NCBI GenBank assembly: GCA_965202585.1
Contig: OZ241827.1
Span: forward strand, 67,518,001 to 67,582,000
Reading direction: 5' to 3'
From: Thalia democratica
Lineage: Eukaryota
Length of the DNA stretch: 64,000 nucleotides
Part shown: in pieces, positions 48,952 through 60,456 of the stretch
How positions within the stretch are numbered: the first letter of the stretch is position 1
How the letters are laid out: the number at the start of each line of letters is the position of its first letter
Program-made: the position numbers and the translations under genes
Notes under the pieces: generated by a model
Seen by the model: the letters and a program-made list of their open reading frames with translations, nothing else
The model's database searches: none
Told to the model about the DNA's origin: nothing

Positions 48952-51900
48952 AGTTATGTAGTTCTCGCGGGCTGAATTTCAAGTTTAAAAATCTTCGCAA
49001 ACCGCAATTTTAGTTTTAGTCACATTTTAATAATCTTTAGGTTTTAGTTGTAGTCACACACAAAATAACACCGTTTTAGTTTTATTCAAGGTCTAATTTT
49101 TATTCATAAATGACTTTTAGCTATATACCGAAGGCTTTTTAAATTTTACGTATTTATTTAACTAAAATATACTTTGACTAATATAATTAATTCTTAATAA
49201 GCTATTTACTGTTTTGGAAACTTAATACATTTAGTACTAGGTAAAAATCCTACGACAAAATAACAATGCTTTATTAACTAAATAAAGACAAAAGCATGAT
49301 TTATTTTGAACTTCTAATAACTAATCGGTTGAAAACTGATTTTGCTATTTTTATCTAAGTAAAAATTATAAAAAAGTTGGAATCTGGGAAAAAAAAATTC
49401 AAACTAGTATGAGCTAGCCTGGTTTTTACAAAATTTAACACATGTCTGAGAATGTCTAAGTGTATACAAACACTAAAAACTATGATTTTTATCAAATAAT
49501 AAATCTAATAAACAATTAAAGTAAACAAAAATTATTTTTACATAGTACAAACAACAAAAAAAAATCTTAAAAGTTGTATTAGTTTTAACCATAGAAATAA
49601 GTAGGTTATTTTTTTATATCTATCATATTTTTTTACTGTTTTGTTTTATGAAAGATCGTTTTTCCTGTGTAGTAACCATGGCACATGAAAAACAAATAAA
49701 AAAATTTTTGTGTGCTATTTTAACCCTTAGAAATAATGTAAACACAAAACACGCCATGAATACTGTGTTATTATATATTTTTATTCTTTGTAAAGTCAGT
49801 TTCGTATACTTTTTTTACAAAGCTAGGTATTGTTAAGTACAGCTTTGTACTATAAAACAAAGTTTAAAAGTAAAATAGTTTGTTTAAATTGCTATTCAAG
49901 TTTAAGAGGATCAGGGCTTACATGACTTTAAGGTAAAGGAAAATTAGTCTTAGTGACTAAAACCTAGCATGAATCAGCCTGGGTTTATTAAAATATTTCA
50001 AAAAATAGTTTTCAGGCTTAAATGCAGTTGCCTTAAAAGCCAGTGTAAACTTAAATCTATACAATTAATATAAATTTTATTTTAATACATAGCACCTTCA
50101 GGGTTTAAAGTTTTACATATAAATGTAACCAAAACTGTAAATTGAAAAAGACATACATCATAAGTTTTGTTTGCCACATTTCAAAGCAAAAAAGTCATCC
50201 TGATGATCAAAACCTATCCGAAGATTTAAGAATTAATAACAGTTCAACTAAAAATATTTTTTTTTCAAAAAATTAAGAAGTGTCGCTATAAAACTTTCGT
50301 TAAGTCGCCTTGAATTGGGTACAAGTGTTTATGTGATGATTGTCACATGTAAAAAAATTGAAATAAAAACATTCAGTTTGCATAATTTGGGTCCTATATA
50401 ATTTGTATTGGGGTGGTTTTTAAAAATCGAATATCGCCAAGATGAAAGTTTCTTCAAATCATCTAAAGTTTTACACAGGGTGTTTTTGTGGTATTTACCA
50501 CTAAAATAATTAGCTGAAAACTTAAAGGTCACAACATATATAAGCACCTTTATTATGAAAAAAGTTTTCTGTTACATAAATTCTTATTAAACTAAGTTTT
50601 TTGCATTTTTTAGCAAAGTCTTTTGTTTTAATTTCGTCTCAAACAACATAAAATTTTGTCCTTATATTACCCCAAACACTTAATAAACTTGTCTTATAGT
50701 TCTTAATTGATAAAGTTTACCTTTATTCAGTTAAAATTGAGTTTTTATTTTAAAATTGTAAACTATATTCAAATAAGGTGATACGAGAAGTATAAAAGAA
50801 AAGTCTTAACAAATTTAAGGAAACTTGTAATGTAAATTAAAATAACTGGCTAAAATTAACGAAGTATATGTTACAAAGTGCAAATTAAATTAAGCTAAAC
50901 TTAGTTTAAAAATTTTAGTAGATCATACAATAAGTCTAAACTGGTTTAAAATGATAAAGACACAAAAAAAAAGTGTTAAACTAGACATAAATATCTTTGT
51001 AGTGCAACTAGATTTTATAATTATCAACAGTATATTTTGTATTTGTTTAATACCTTTAAACTACTTGTTCAAGTAAAAGTTAACTGCCTTCTAAAAATAT
51101 TAAACTTATATGTGTTAGTTTTTAAAATCCAGTTTAACTTTTTTTTATTAATAGAAAACCTTTAATCTTTAACCATAAGAATTTATAGAAAGTAGTTGTT
51201 AGTAGTCTTGCAAAAGTTTCTTTTCAAATCTTTTACAAATTAAATATCAAATTTACTAAGAAATATAACAGATTTTTGTAAATTACTAAAATTCATACTT
51301 TTAGATTTAACAAGGTATATTTAAAAACAATCTTATGTACTAGTTAATTTTCAAACTGTATGAAACATATGATCTATTAAATGATACTAATTTGTTATAA
51401 CTTAATTGCTTATTTAAAATATTGATATGCATAAAAATATTTTTTATACAAATCTTGTACGGACTTAAACTTTTATAGACTATATAAATATAACACCCGG
51501 GTTTATTAAAACTTGTTATTTTATATTTTTAACTTAAGATGTAACAAAGCTATTTTTAACTTAAGATGTAACCTAGTTAGTTTTAATAACTAAAAAATGC
51601 GGAAAAATTTTGTAGAATTAAATTATTAAATACAAAAAACTTTATAGCGAAGGATGTTAAATAAATGAAGTTTGCTTTTATAACTGTCCAATAATCGGGT
51701 GACATTAAATATATTGTAATTTTTTTAAAAGAACTTCAGACAATGATCTCTATTTTTTCAGTCCAAAGCAGTTTTAAGTACTATATTTTAATTGAAGTTC
51801 AGTAGAAATTATTGCCAAATATTTTCGAAGTTGCGACTATAAATTAAACCAAAAATCTTCCCAGTCTGTGAAATTTAAATAAAAGTATGTGCACAAATTA

Positions 51901-52296
51901 TTACAAACACTCATTGTGTTTTCTATAAAGACTTCCATTCATTATTTGATTCTTTTGAACAATGCAGAAAAGTTAAAAGCGTTTGAGATGTTTTTGTCCA
52001 CAAAATACTTACTACTAGATTAGCAATATATGGCGGAACTGGCCCGTAACTGAATTCTCTGGCCGCGACGTATTTTAGCAATAAATCACCTGTTCGAATG
52101 AAACAAAGGCTGATTAATAACATATATTTCAAATGTGCACCAAACTTGGTTTTTATGCATTTTTAGTGTAACTGCAAAACAGTTTTAGCGCAATTCCACT
52201 TTCAAAAGAGTTTTTATGTCAAATATTTAAATAAAAAATTATTTGACACTAAAATAAATTCTTTAAAACAATATAAATAAGACTCAATTTTTCAGA

Positions 52297-52330
52297 ACAA
52301 AATATATTTCATGCTTTTTTCGTCAGTTGT
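52297..52330 (-). ncRNA. Minimal hammerhead ribozyme motif in Penelope 3' end (degenerate stem II)
   Basis: Minus strand reads ACAA-CTGACGA-AAAAAGCAT-GAA-ATATAT-T-TTGT. Confidence 0.5.
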
Positions 52331-52494
52331 ATAATAAGCAATAAAAATAAAATTTCAAATCTAAATTATATAGTGAAAATGCAATCAACGTAATTAATAA
52401 TAATAAGGCAAAGAGTAATTAACAATACATAAGTACTTCTAATTACAATGCAACTAAAAAAATAATAAAACAGAGCAACAACTTATAAAACAAT

Positions 52495-53290
52495 TTAAGA
52501 AAACAACGAAACAGTATAATCAAAATCTTTATGTTTACACAACTTAGGTTTTCTTAACAAAATACAAATAGCTTCAAGTTTAATTAAATCCAAAATGTGA
52601 AAACAATTTTTAACAATTTTAAATCTTTTTAAACTATAATTAATAACACAGTCAAGGTTATTTACTAAGTGTTCAGCAATAGCAGATCTTTTTGAAGCAT
52701 TTATTACTCTAAAAGATTTAGTTTTCTTATTACTCTTACAAAATTCATCGATACTTTTTGGACTATGTTCCTTTATTCTTTTGCCAAATTGTCTTGAGGT
52801 CATCCCGACATAACTAGCTTCACAGAAGCAGTTAAACTGGTAAACTACCATACTTTGTTTAAATTCTGCTATCGGATCTTTTCCTCCAGGTCTGAACATT
52901 GGTTTGGATACGAAAATAACAATCGACTTTGCCGAATGATAAGTCCTACTTACTATTTGATAAATCTCTCTTTCTAAAACTCCTGAGTTCTTATTGACAT
53001 AAGGCAATACTAAAGAAATCAAGCATTTCTCTGGCCCAGCTGGCTTTATTTTGTTCAAACTAGTAAGATGTAAATTTATAATTTTACTAACAAGTTCTTG
53101 TGGATAGCCATTTTTATTTAGTATCAATTATATCTGTTTTATTTCGTCATTAAATAACTCTCTTAAACAAGTCTTATGTACTCGATGGCAGAGCGTTCTT
53201 ATTAAATTTGTCTTTCTCTTCATGCTACAGAATGAATGAAAGTTTAAGTAGTTCCCAGTGAAAGTTTTCTTTCTATAAACGGATGTCAAA
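52495..53290 (-). pseudogene. Penelope RT thumb/linker plus GIY-YIG endonuclease ORF remnant
   Basis: FLTSVYRKKTFTGNYLNFHSFC..NLIRTLCHR, one in-frame TAA at ~53130, then LNKNGYP..VVYQFNCFCEASYVGMTSRQFGKRIKEH..SAIAEHL..LEAICILLRKPKLC (GIY-YIG signature VYQ..C.C..SYVG.T.R....RI.EH). Confidence 0.92.
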
Positions 53291-53443
53291 AAGTTGTTGC
53301 TCTGTTTTATTATTTTTTAGTTGCATTGCAATTATAAGTACTTATGTATTGTTAATTACTCTTTGCTTTATTATTATTAATTACGTTGATTGCATTTTCA
53401 CTATATAAGTTAGATTTGAAATTTTATTTTTATTGCTTAGTAT

Positions 53444-53477
53444 ACAACTGACGAAAGAAGCATGAAATATATTTTGT
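53444..53477 (+). ncRNA. Minimal hammerhead ribozyme motif in inverted Penelope pLTR (degenerate stem II)
   Basis: ACAA-CTGACGA(53448-53454)-AAGAAGCAT-GAA-ATATAT-T-TTGT; stem I ACAA/TTGT; palindromic stem III. Confidence 0.5.
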
Positions 53478-54251
53478 TCTCAAAAATTGAGTCTTATTTG
53501 TATTGTTTGAAAGAAATATTTAAAAATAAAGTGACTCGCAAAATATGTTTTCCGGTAAATTTTTAAAAAGCCGCCTAACCCCACACTGGAAGGTTTTTTT
53601 AAGTAAAATCATAGTATAGTAGTAGTTTACGGCCCAAGAGCCATATCTTGCAAAGTACTTTTGATTGAAAATAAATTTTGCAAAATACATGAAATGAGTT
53701 TTTTGTAAGAAATTCTTTCAAGTGCGCTCTCAGTTTTTACTCTCAGTACACAGTAGTGTCTATTAGATTATTTTTAATTACAAGTTAGCTTAAAAAAAGT
53801 TTTGTTTTTATATATTAGATCTTCAAAACAAATCAATCTTCTACCGCTTTTATTTTTTAACAAGTCCGTCCCTTAGAATAATTTCTTTGGTGAATCTGGC
53901 CTGTCTACTAGAAACGTTGCCCACCCTTATTGTAATACAAGGCACATTTCCTCTTAGTATTTAAATTGTAACAAAATTGCATTCAAACCAATTTTTATTA
54001 CACTTTTAACACTAACTAATTATCTGAAAAGCCAAATTCATAACATATGGTAATTAAAAACTTTTTTAAATGGTTTAAAACGAAATTTAGATTAAGATAA
54101 GACATGCAAAGCTGTAAATAGGCTGACTTATTTTTATGTCTTGTTTTTTTTAAACTTATAAGTTTTACTTATAAAATATACACGTGTTTTTAGTTGTAAA
54201 ACGAAATAGAATACCCATTTTTAGTAAAGCATTGCTTTATAAGCTCTGACT

Positions 54252-54429
54252 GGGACACGTTCAAAATCCACCCTGTCAAATTCGAGAACAGCTTACCGAT
54301 CGAGGGTAAGGATTAGAGGTAACATGTTAATGAAAAATAATAAATAAGTAAACAAAAAAATGCAAAAAAATATAATAATAAATTAATAAACAAAGAAAAA
54401 AGAAATCGGGTAGATTTTGGTAGTATACC
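54252..54429. mobile_element. Short Mutator-type MITE, same family as 48546-48951
   Basis: Starts GGGACACGTTCAAAATCCACCC and ends GGGTAGATTTTGGTAGTATACC; imperfect 9-bp TSD GCTCTGACT / GCTCTGAAC. Confidence 0.7.
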
Positions 54430-54554
54430 GCTCTGAACATGTTTGTACACTTTTCATATTAATACAGTCTTTATGTAACGAAAAACAAACTTATTTGATT
54501 TACAACAGAAGTTTAACTATTCAGTTTGATGGAATAACTAACTTTAGTTCAAAC

Positions 54555-55522
54555 CAATGGCGTCGCGTGGTCTTTTTTTTGGGGGGGGGGGGGGTGCTGC
54601 AGATTGACATTGTCAAATTAAATAATCCCCTAGTTTGAAACATTTAGATTAAAATCATAAAGGTAATATGAAAAAATAGCAACATTTTCGGAAAATTAAT
54701 TGAAAATATTTTTTAATTAAATAATAAATATAAAAATAAAAAACACACTTCTCATACCTTTGTATATCATCACCCTTTCCTAACAACTATAGCTATTTTC
54801 ATTTTTATTTATGCCCATGTAAGTTTCTGTATTTGCACAATTAAAAATTTACTAACTTAATTTTATGACATGTCTAACTAGTAATAAAAAACAAAAAAAA
54901 AACATGCAAGTAACTTAAAAAACGAGGTTGCCTCTGCTCCAGATGCTCCTGCTCGAGTTTTTCTTGCTCGAGTTGTTCCTGCTTGAATTGCTCCTGCTTG
55001 AGTTCAACTTGTCTTATTGTTCTCGCGGTGTAGTAAATTTAAAACAACGATCATGATTTAATTCACATAGAGCTGCAAGTCCATTCAACTTTTCAACATT
55101 TTTTGTATTGAAAACTTGTTAACATTTGATATGCAGCTGACACAGATTGAGATTGCAGTTCCAATTTTACGAACAATTTAAACATCAAATATAAGATTTT
55201 GAAAAAAAAAAACAGAAAATTAGCAGAGAAATTAACGACGTTCATGTACACATTTGGCTGTATTTTTCGTACAACTTCATGATAACATAACTTTCTTATT
55301 TTTAAGCTAATAAAAAAAATATATCATTTAAAAGCTTAATTACTCACCTTTAAAATAAAGTTACTTTGACGTAGTTTCGGGTGATACAGCTGAAGCAGGG
55401 GCCATTTAAAGCAGCGTTTAAAGGCTTAAACTCTAAAATACAATAAAAAAAAAATTAGCATAATTTTTAATTTTTTTAGGTGGAGCTACAACTCCAGCGT
55501 TCCACCCCACGCGACGCCCCTG
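54555..55522 (-). mobile_element. hAT-type non-autonomous element carrying 15-nt CTCGAGCAGGA repeats (inverted relative of 61416-62241)
   Basis: TIRs CAATGGCGTCGCGTGG / CCACGCGACGCCCCTG; 8-bp TSD GTTCAAAC / GTTCATAC; internal homology to the 61.4-64 kb copies. Confidence 0.8.
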
Positions 55523-56646
55523 GTTCATACTAAAAAAAAGGTCTTACAGTTCAATAATTGCAGTCGTGCTAACAAAATATTTTGAATTACGTATTTAGTT
55601 TAAGTATTTAAGTTTACCTGCGTTCAACAAAGAACAGTCTTGTATGAGTTTTTAAACTTAATTAAAAAAAAAAAGTATTATTGCAATTATAAACGTAAAA
55701 TTATAACTTATCTATAAAATCGACTCTATTTTTTTGAAGTTTAAATTCTTCTATTTTGATTCTTCTGTTTAGCTCATTTTGCTTTTGACATTAATAAAAC
55801 TACTCTGCCGTTTAATTTGATTGAAAAAATTGTATTCAAAGAACATTTAAATAACTTTATCTGAAAGCGGTAAAAAAAAGTCCTAAATTTTAAACCAATT
55901 ATAGAATCTTTTTAAAAATGCTTTATAACAAACAGTGAAAAAAACATTTACTTAGTAAAAATGCTGTTAAAAGAATTTCTTTTTTTTTTGATATAGCAGA
56001 CTCTTATGCTGTTAACAATTTTTTGAAAGCATTCTGAAAAACAGCAAAAAGCGGTTAGTTTCCGGTTTGCATAAATACCGTGCATTTTTGCTTTATCCTT
56101 CGGAAATTAAGAACATTATGACGTAATAGTAGTATCATTTTTTAGCTCATCCACATCAGAGCGAGCATAAACTAACTCTTAAAGGCGGGATGTTTATTTT
56201 TGATAAATGCACTTACAAATGTACTTTTAAATATTTATTAATGTAAAAAAGTTTGTAATTTTTCTAGCTACTGTCCGAATAAAGCAGTTACTTTTTTTTA
56301 AAATCTAACTTAAACATGTGTACGCTTTAAATAAATTAAACTAAATTAGTTTATAAAGAAAACTTATATTGCTTGTTTAGAAATAAAGTGTTTGATTCGA
56401 TCGGTGAGTTTCTTCGATTTTTAATTAAGATTTGTAAAATTTCTTTTCAAATAATTAAGTTTTAAATGTATATTTAAAAAAAAGCATTTGAAAATTTTTC
56501 TACGAGCAATAGTTTGTTTAACAGTGTTATAACTTAAAAAAATTTCAGTTACAAATAAAAAAAGCTTTTTTTTGGGTTAACAGTTTATTTCAGATAACAT
56601 ATCAAAACAATCTGTAATTTTTTTCAAAGACTTCTATTGTTCAAAA

Positions 56647-59600
56647 TTAACAATGGAAGACACATGAGTGAAGTGATGGAGCACAGAGTCTCCAGTTGAG
56701 GCAAAGTCTCATGCATGGAACCTTGTAGTGGATGTTGATTCTGTGGGTACAGCAGTAGTTGACGATGATTCTTGGGTCCCAGTAAAGGTGGAAGTAGTCG
56801 TATTTGTCGAGGACCTTTTGGACCTTTTCCATGACGCAAGCGCAGTAGTGAGTTCTCAAAGTCTTGATCAAATCATGTGGGTTAGTACCGAAAGCACTGT
56901 AGAAGAACTTGTCGAATTGGATCAAGTGACAACGGGCACGCTGCAAAATAAAATAAGTTATAGAGTTTGTGATCAATCGCTAAAAGAAAAACTATAAAAA
57001 CAATACTTACTTCCTTCAATCTTTGTTCAAGACAAGCACGAGTGTGATCACGTTTACCGTAAAGGCACTTAGTGAAGATTGAGACCTTTGATTTTCTTGA
57101 AACCATGCAAGCTTCCCATTTAGCCTTGACAGTGTAGACCATTTGTTCGGAGCACAATTTCCATTGTTTGATGCGGGCGTCCCATTTTTGGTAGAGGCAT
57201 TCGACTTGACGGTAGAGTTTGTCTTTTTGGAGACGGACCCAGACCTTAGCTTGTTCTCTGAGGAGATCATGGAATTGGTCGATTTGAGCTTGAGTTGGGG
57301 ATCTGTTTTAAAATAATATATACAAAATTGGTATAATTAGTGTCGAGCTAAACTTGAGTTATGATTCTACGTTACAATCATACACCACAAATTATCCCTT
57401 TTGTTTGTTATTGATATAATTCTATGAAATATTTTTTAAGTGTGTTGAATCATATATCATATAATCAATGTTAGTTTAAAATAAGTTATACTGTTTATCT
57501 AAACTTTGAATAAGCTAATTATCAGTAAAAGTTACCAACTTGTAGTATCTTGGGTATTTGCACAAGAGGATTTGTTCAAGACCAACCAAAGCTTTACCGC
57601 ACCATTCATCGATTTGTCTGTGCCATTCAGTGTAAGCCAAGACGAGTTCTCTGTTGTAACCTTCGAATTTCTTGTTGATTTCGTCGATGTAGAATTGGTA
57701 AGGGAAGAGACCTCCAACAATTTGTTCTAAACATTCAAGGTGGTTGTTAAAAATAATCATAAAATTTTTGGCTATTTATTACTTTTATCGATGTGTTTTT
57801 AAACTAAAAAACATCAAAATTTATAAATATCTATGTTTAGTTTCTATTTTACAGTTATCTTACCTTTAGCACAGGTCTTGAGGTTTCTGTAACCGCAGTG
57901 GTTCCAGTCGGCCTTGAAAGCACTGACACCGCAAAGTCCGAACTTGGTTGAAGGGGCACATGGCAAACGGACACTAGAAAAATATTATTGGTACAGAAAC
58001 ATTTTCACAACATAACTATATTTACAATGTAACTAAACTTACCATGATCTTCTGCGGTGCATTCTTGACAAACCGTAGCAGTTGCCTCTGAAGTAGACTT
58101 TGTAGAAACATCTGTAGTCGCATTCGATGGTGTAGACGGCTCTGTAGACTTCGTTGTAGAATCCTTGAACCAAAACTTGGTTGTAACGGACTATTTCTTC
58201 GCTCCAGTGAGTGATGACTTCTTCGAAGTTTTCTGGCATAGCTTTACCGGCTGTCAAAAAAAAAAGTTAGACTATACTTGTAAGCAAGCATAATTATCTT
58301 ATTTTCTAAAATTTACCGTAAAGACAGGTGAAGATGTTTCTGACGAAAGCGATCTTTCTCAAACGAAGTTTTTCAAGAGCTTCCTTGTAGCAAGCGATCA
58401 TTCTGTCGGCTTTTTTGTACAATCTGTCGTGGAAACAGGTGACACGGGTCTTACGGGTAGCAAGAGCTTGTCTGAATCTGTATTTTTTTTTTGTTAAGAT
58501 TTTGTTTGTTTATATACAAGTGAGCTAATGTAAAATACTCACTGAGCAATGATTTGGTTGTGGAAGTGTTCGATTCTGAGCATGAATGAGTGAATTTGGT
58601 TGATGTAGCGGCCTTCGGCTTGTTTCTTGAGAGATTCAAGTTCAGCTTCGTAAGCACCGACTCTTTGTTCGTACATGTTCATGGTGTAAGCTTGGTAAGC
58701 ACGACGGAAGTATTCTCTGAAGATTTCAACGTAGTATTTGTTGACTTCGCAGACTTGTTTTTTCCATTGTTGCATTTGAGCGAAGAGGTCCAATTGGATC
58801 TTGGCTCTGGCTTCGGTGAGCTTTTCGATCATTTCGTTGACACGAGTATCGGCTTGGTCCTCTGAGAATTAAATAAAATTAACAAAATGGTTTTAAGTTT
58901 CAAAAAGTTGCATAAATTTTATAGAATGTTTTAAAAATTTGCAGGCCAATTCTTTTCAGTATTATATAAATTAGCCTTTTATTAAGGATTTGCTTTTAAT
59001 TATCATTAGTAGAACTACCTAAAACTTTGTACCATTAGCAGAAAGTTTGTAAGATTATAAGTTTATATAAATATTTCTATATAATCGACTTTAAAATGAG
59101 AAAATAAGTCTTTAGTGTTAAATATTAAGTCTGTTATAAAGTCAAAGTTACAATTTAATGATTGACTAAAGTTTGTAGAACTTTAGAAACTAACCGGCTT
59201 CACAACCCTTTGGAATAAAGCATTTTGGGAATTCAACAAGGATGTCTCTGTAGTAAGCACCGGTGCACCAAGCGTGGTTGAAGTGAATTCTGTAGCAGTA
59301 GTAGCTGTTTCTGGGCAACACATGGAAGTTGTGAGCGCACCAGTAATCGTATGATGGGCAGCTAAAAGTAGCGGCCTGGGCAGCCTGAGAACAAAAATTT
59401 ATTTAAAACAAGTTGTCTAATAATAGTTTTTACAACATGCAAGTAGAAAAAGATCAAATTACCTCTTATTTGTTAGCATTTAAAACAGTATAAATATTTT
59501 TCCTTTTTTGTAAAAATGATACAGCAAAAAACCTTTACTAAAGATAACTTAACTATAGAGTTTAAAGTATAAACTATCAGTAGTTTTACTTAAAGATTAA

Positions 59601-59701
59601 AATGTTGTAAGTTAAAATTTTCTAAAATAAGCAATGTTATTAAATATATAAAACTATAAACTTACAACAATGCATGCCAAGAAGGCAACGACGAATTTCA
59701 T
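56647..59701 (-). CDS. Ends1-like: Secreted 598-aa Cys/Tyr-rich alpha-helical protein, copy B; Ends1/Ends2-like tandem paralog
   Basis: Nine exons: 59701-59666, 59384-59195, 58861-58543, 58477-58317, 58250-58043, 57973-57864, 57726-57540, 57302-57011, 56940-56647; exon sizes identical to copy A; intact frame; five amino-acid differences by my count. Confidence 0.85.
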
Positions 59702-59744
59702 TTTTATTGATTGTCTGTATACCAAACACTCAATATCAATGTGT

Positions 59745-59774
59745 ACTGTCGATTGAATGTCCAGCCCTTTTATA
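59745..59774 (-). promoter_or_regulatory. TATA box and initiator of copy B
   Basis: TATAAAAGGG (first T at 59774), 27 nt upstream of the ACAGT motif (A at 59747). Confidence 0.7.
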
Positions 59775-60328
59775 CGAAACTATAAAAAGCTGTTAAATAA
59801 ACAGAGCTTAATGTATTTTATGTAACAACATACGACTAGTGCTCGTAATTCAAGTTAAAACAACAAACTGAAGTGATTTGTTTATTTGCGTTTAATGTGG
59901 TTTGAAATTAATCTAAAACAAATGTCATAAGAATTTGCAATGATTAATTAATTGTTTTAATTGACAATATTACAATGTTGTTTTAACTAATTAGTGTTGT
60001 TACAACAGTAATTTTAAACTAAACGTAATACGCACTTATGATAAAATTATGGCTAAAAATAATGATTCAGTGGTTATTTAAATAAAACAATAATAGGAAA
60101 TTAACTCTCGACCAAAAAAAAAAAGCGAAAAAATTAAATATCTATTTACTAAAGGTTCTTTTTAGAAAATTGTTTAGTTAAATACTTGAAACTGTTTCAT
60201 ATACATAAAAATCAAGTAAATTATTTTTATGTGTGTAATACCCTATTAAGGTTGTTGTAAAACCAAAATCAGTTAACCTTAAATTTTAAAAACTTAACTG
60301 CAGCAGCTTTTTATCAAGCCGCGCCTTA

Positions 60329-60456
60329 TAAATACAGTAATCTTCTGCATTAGTACGCACTTTGAACTTAAAAGAGCGTACTTAACCGGAAGTGGGCACT
60401 CAACAAAAAGTAAATATCTAAGAAGTGCGTACCACAGAGCAAGATTACTGTATTTA
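60329..60456. mobile_element. Small MITE-like inverted repeat, 128 bp
   Basis: Arms TAAATACAGTAATCTT..GTACGCACTT / AAGTGCGTAC..AAGATTACTGTATTTA; TA-flanked CAGTAATC ends suggest Tc1/mariner type. Confidence 0.6.

Larger units (their letters stand above)
52258..53520 (-). mobile_element. 5'-truncated Penelope-like element with an inverted copy of its 3' end (pLTR)
   Basis: Minus-strand ORF remnant 53290-52495; its 3' UTR (~52490-52258) is repeated in inverted orientation at ~53291-53520. Confidence 0.9.

Noticed and set aside
53291-53320. Extension of the Penelope ORF upstream as KIIKQSNN
   Set aside because: That translation comes from the antisense of the inverted 3' UTR copy; the real ORF is truncated at ~53290.
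44128-59701. The two genes as uncollapsed alleles (haplotig artefact)
   Set aside because: Introns and flanks are far more diverged than exons and carry different insertions, unlike an allelic pair; they are in tandem about 12.5 kb apart.
44128-59750. Purely cDNA-mediated conversion or retroposition as the explanation for exon identity
   Set aside because: Both copies keep all eight introns, and the exon 4-5 intron is co-homogenised, which requires at least one DNA-level tract.
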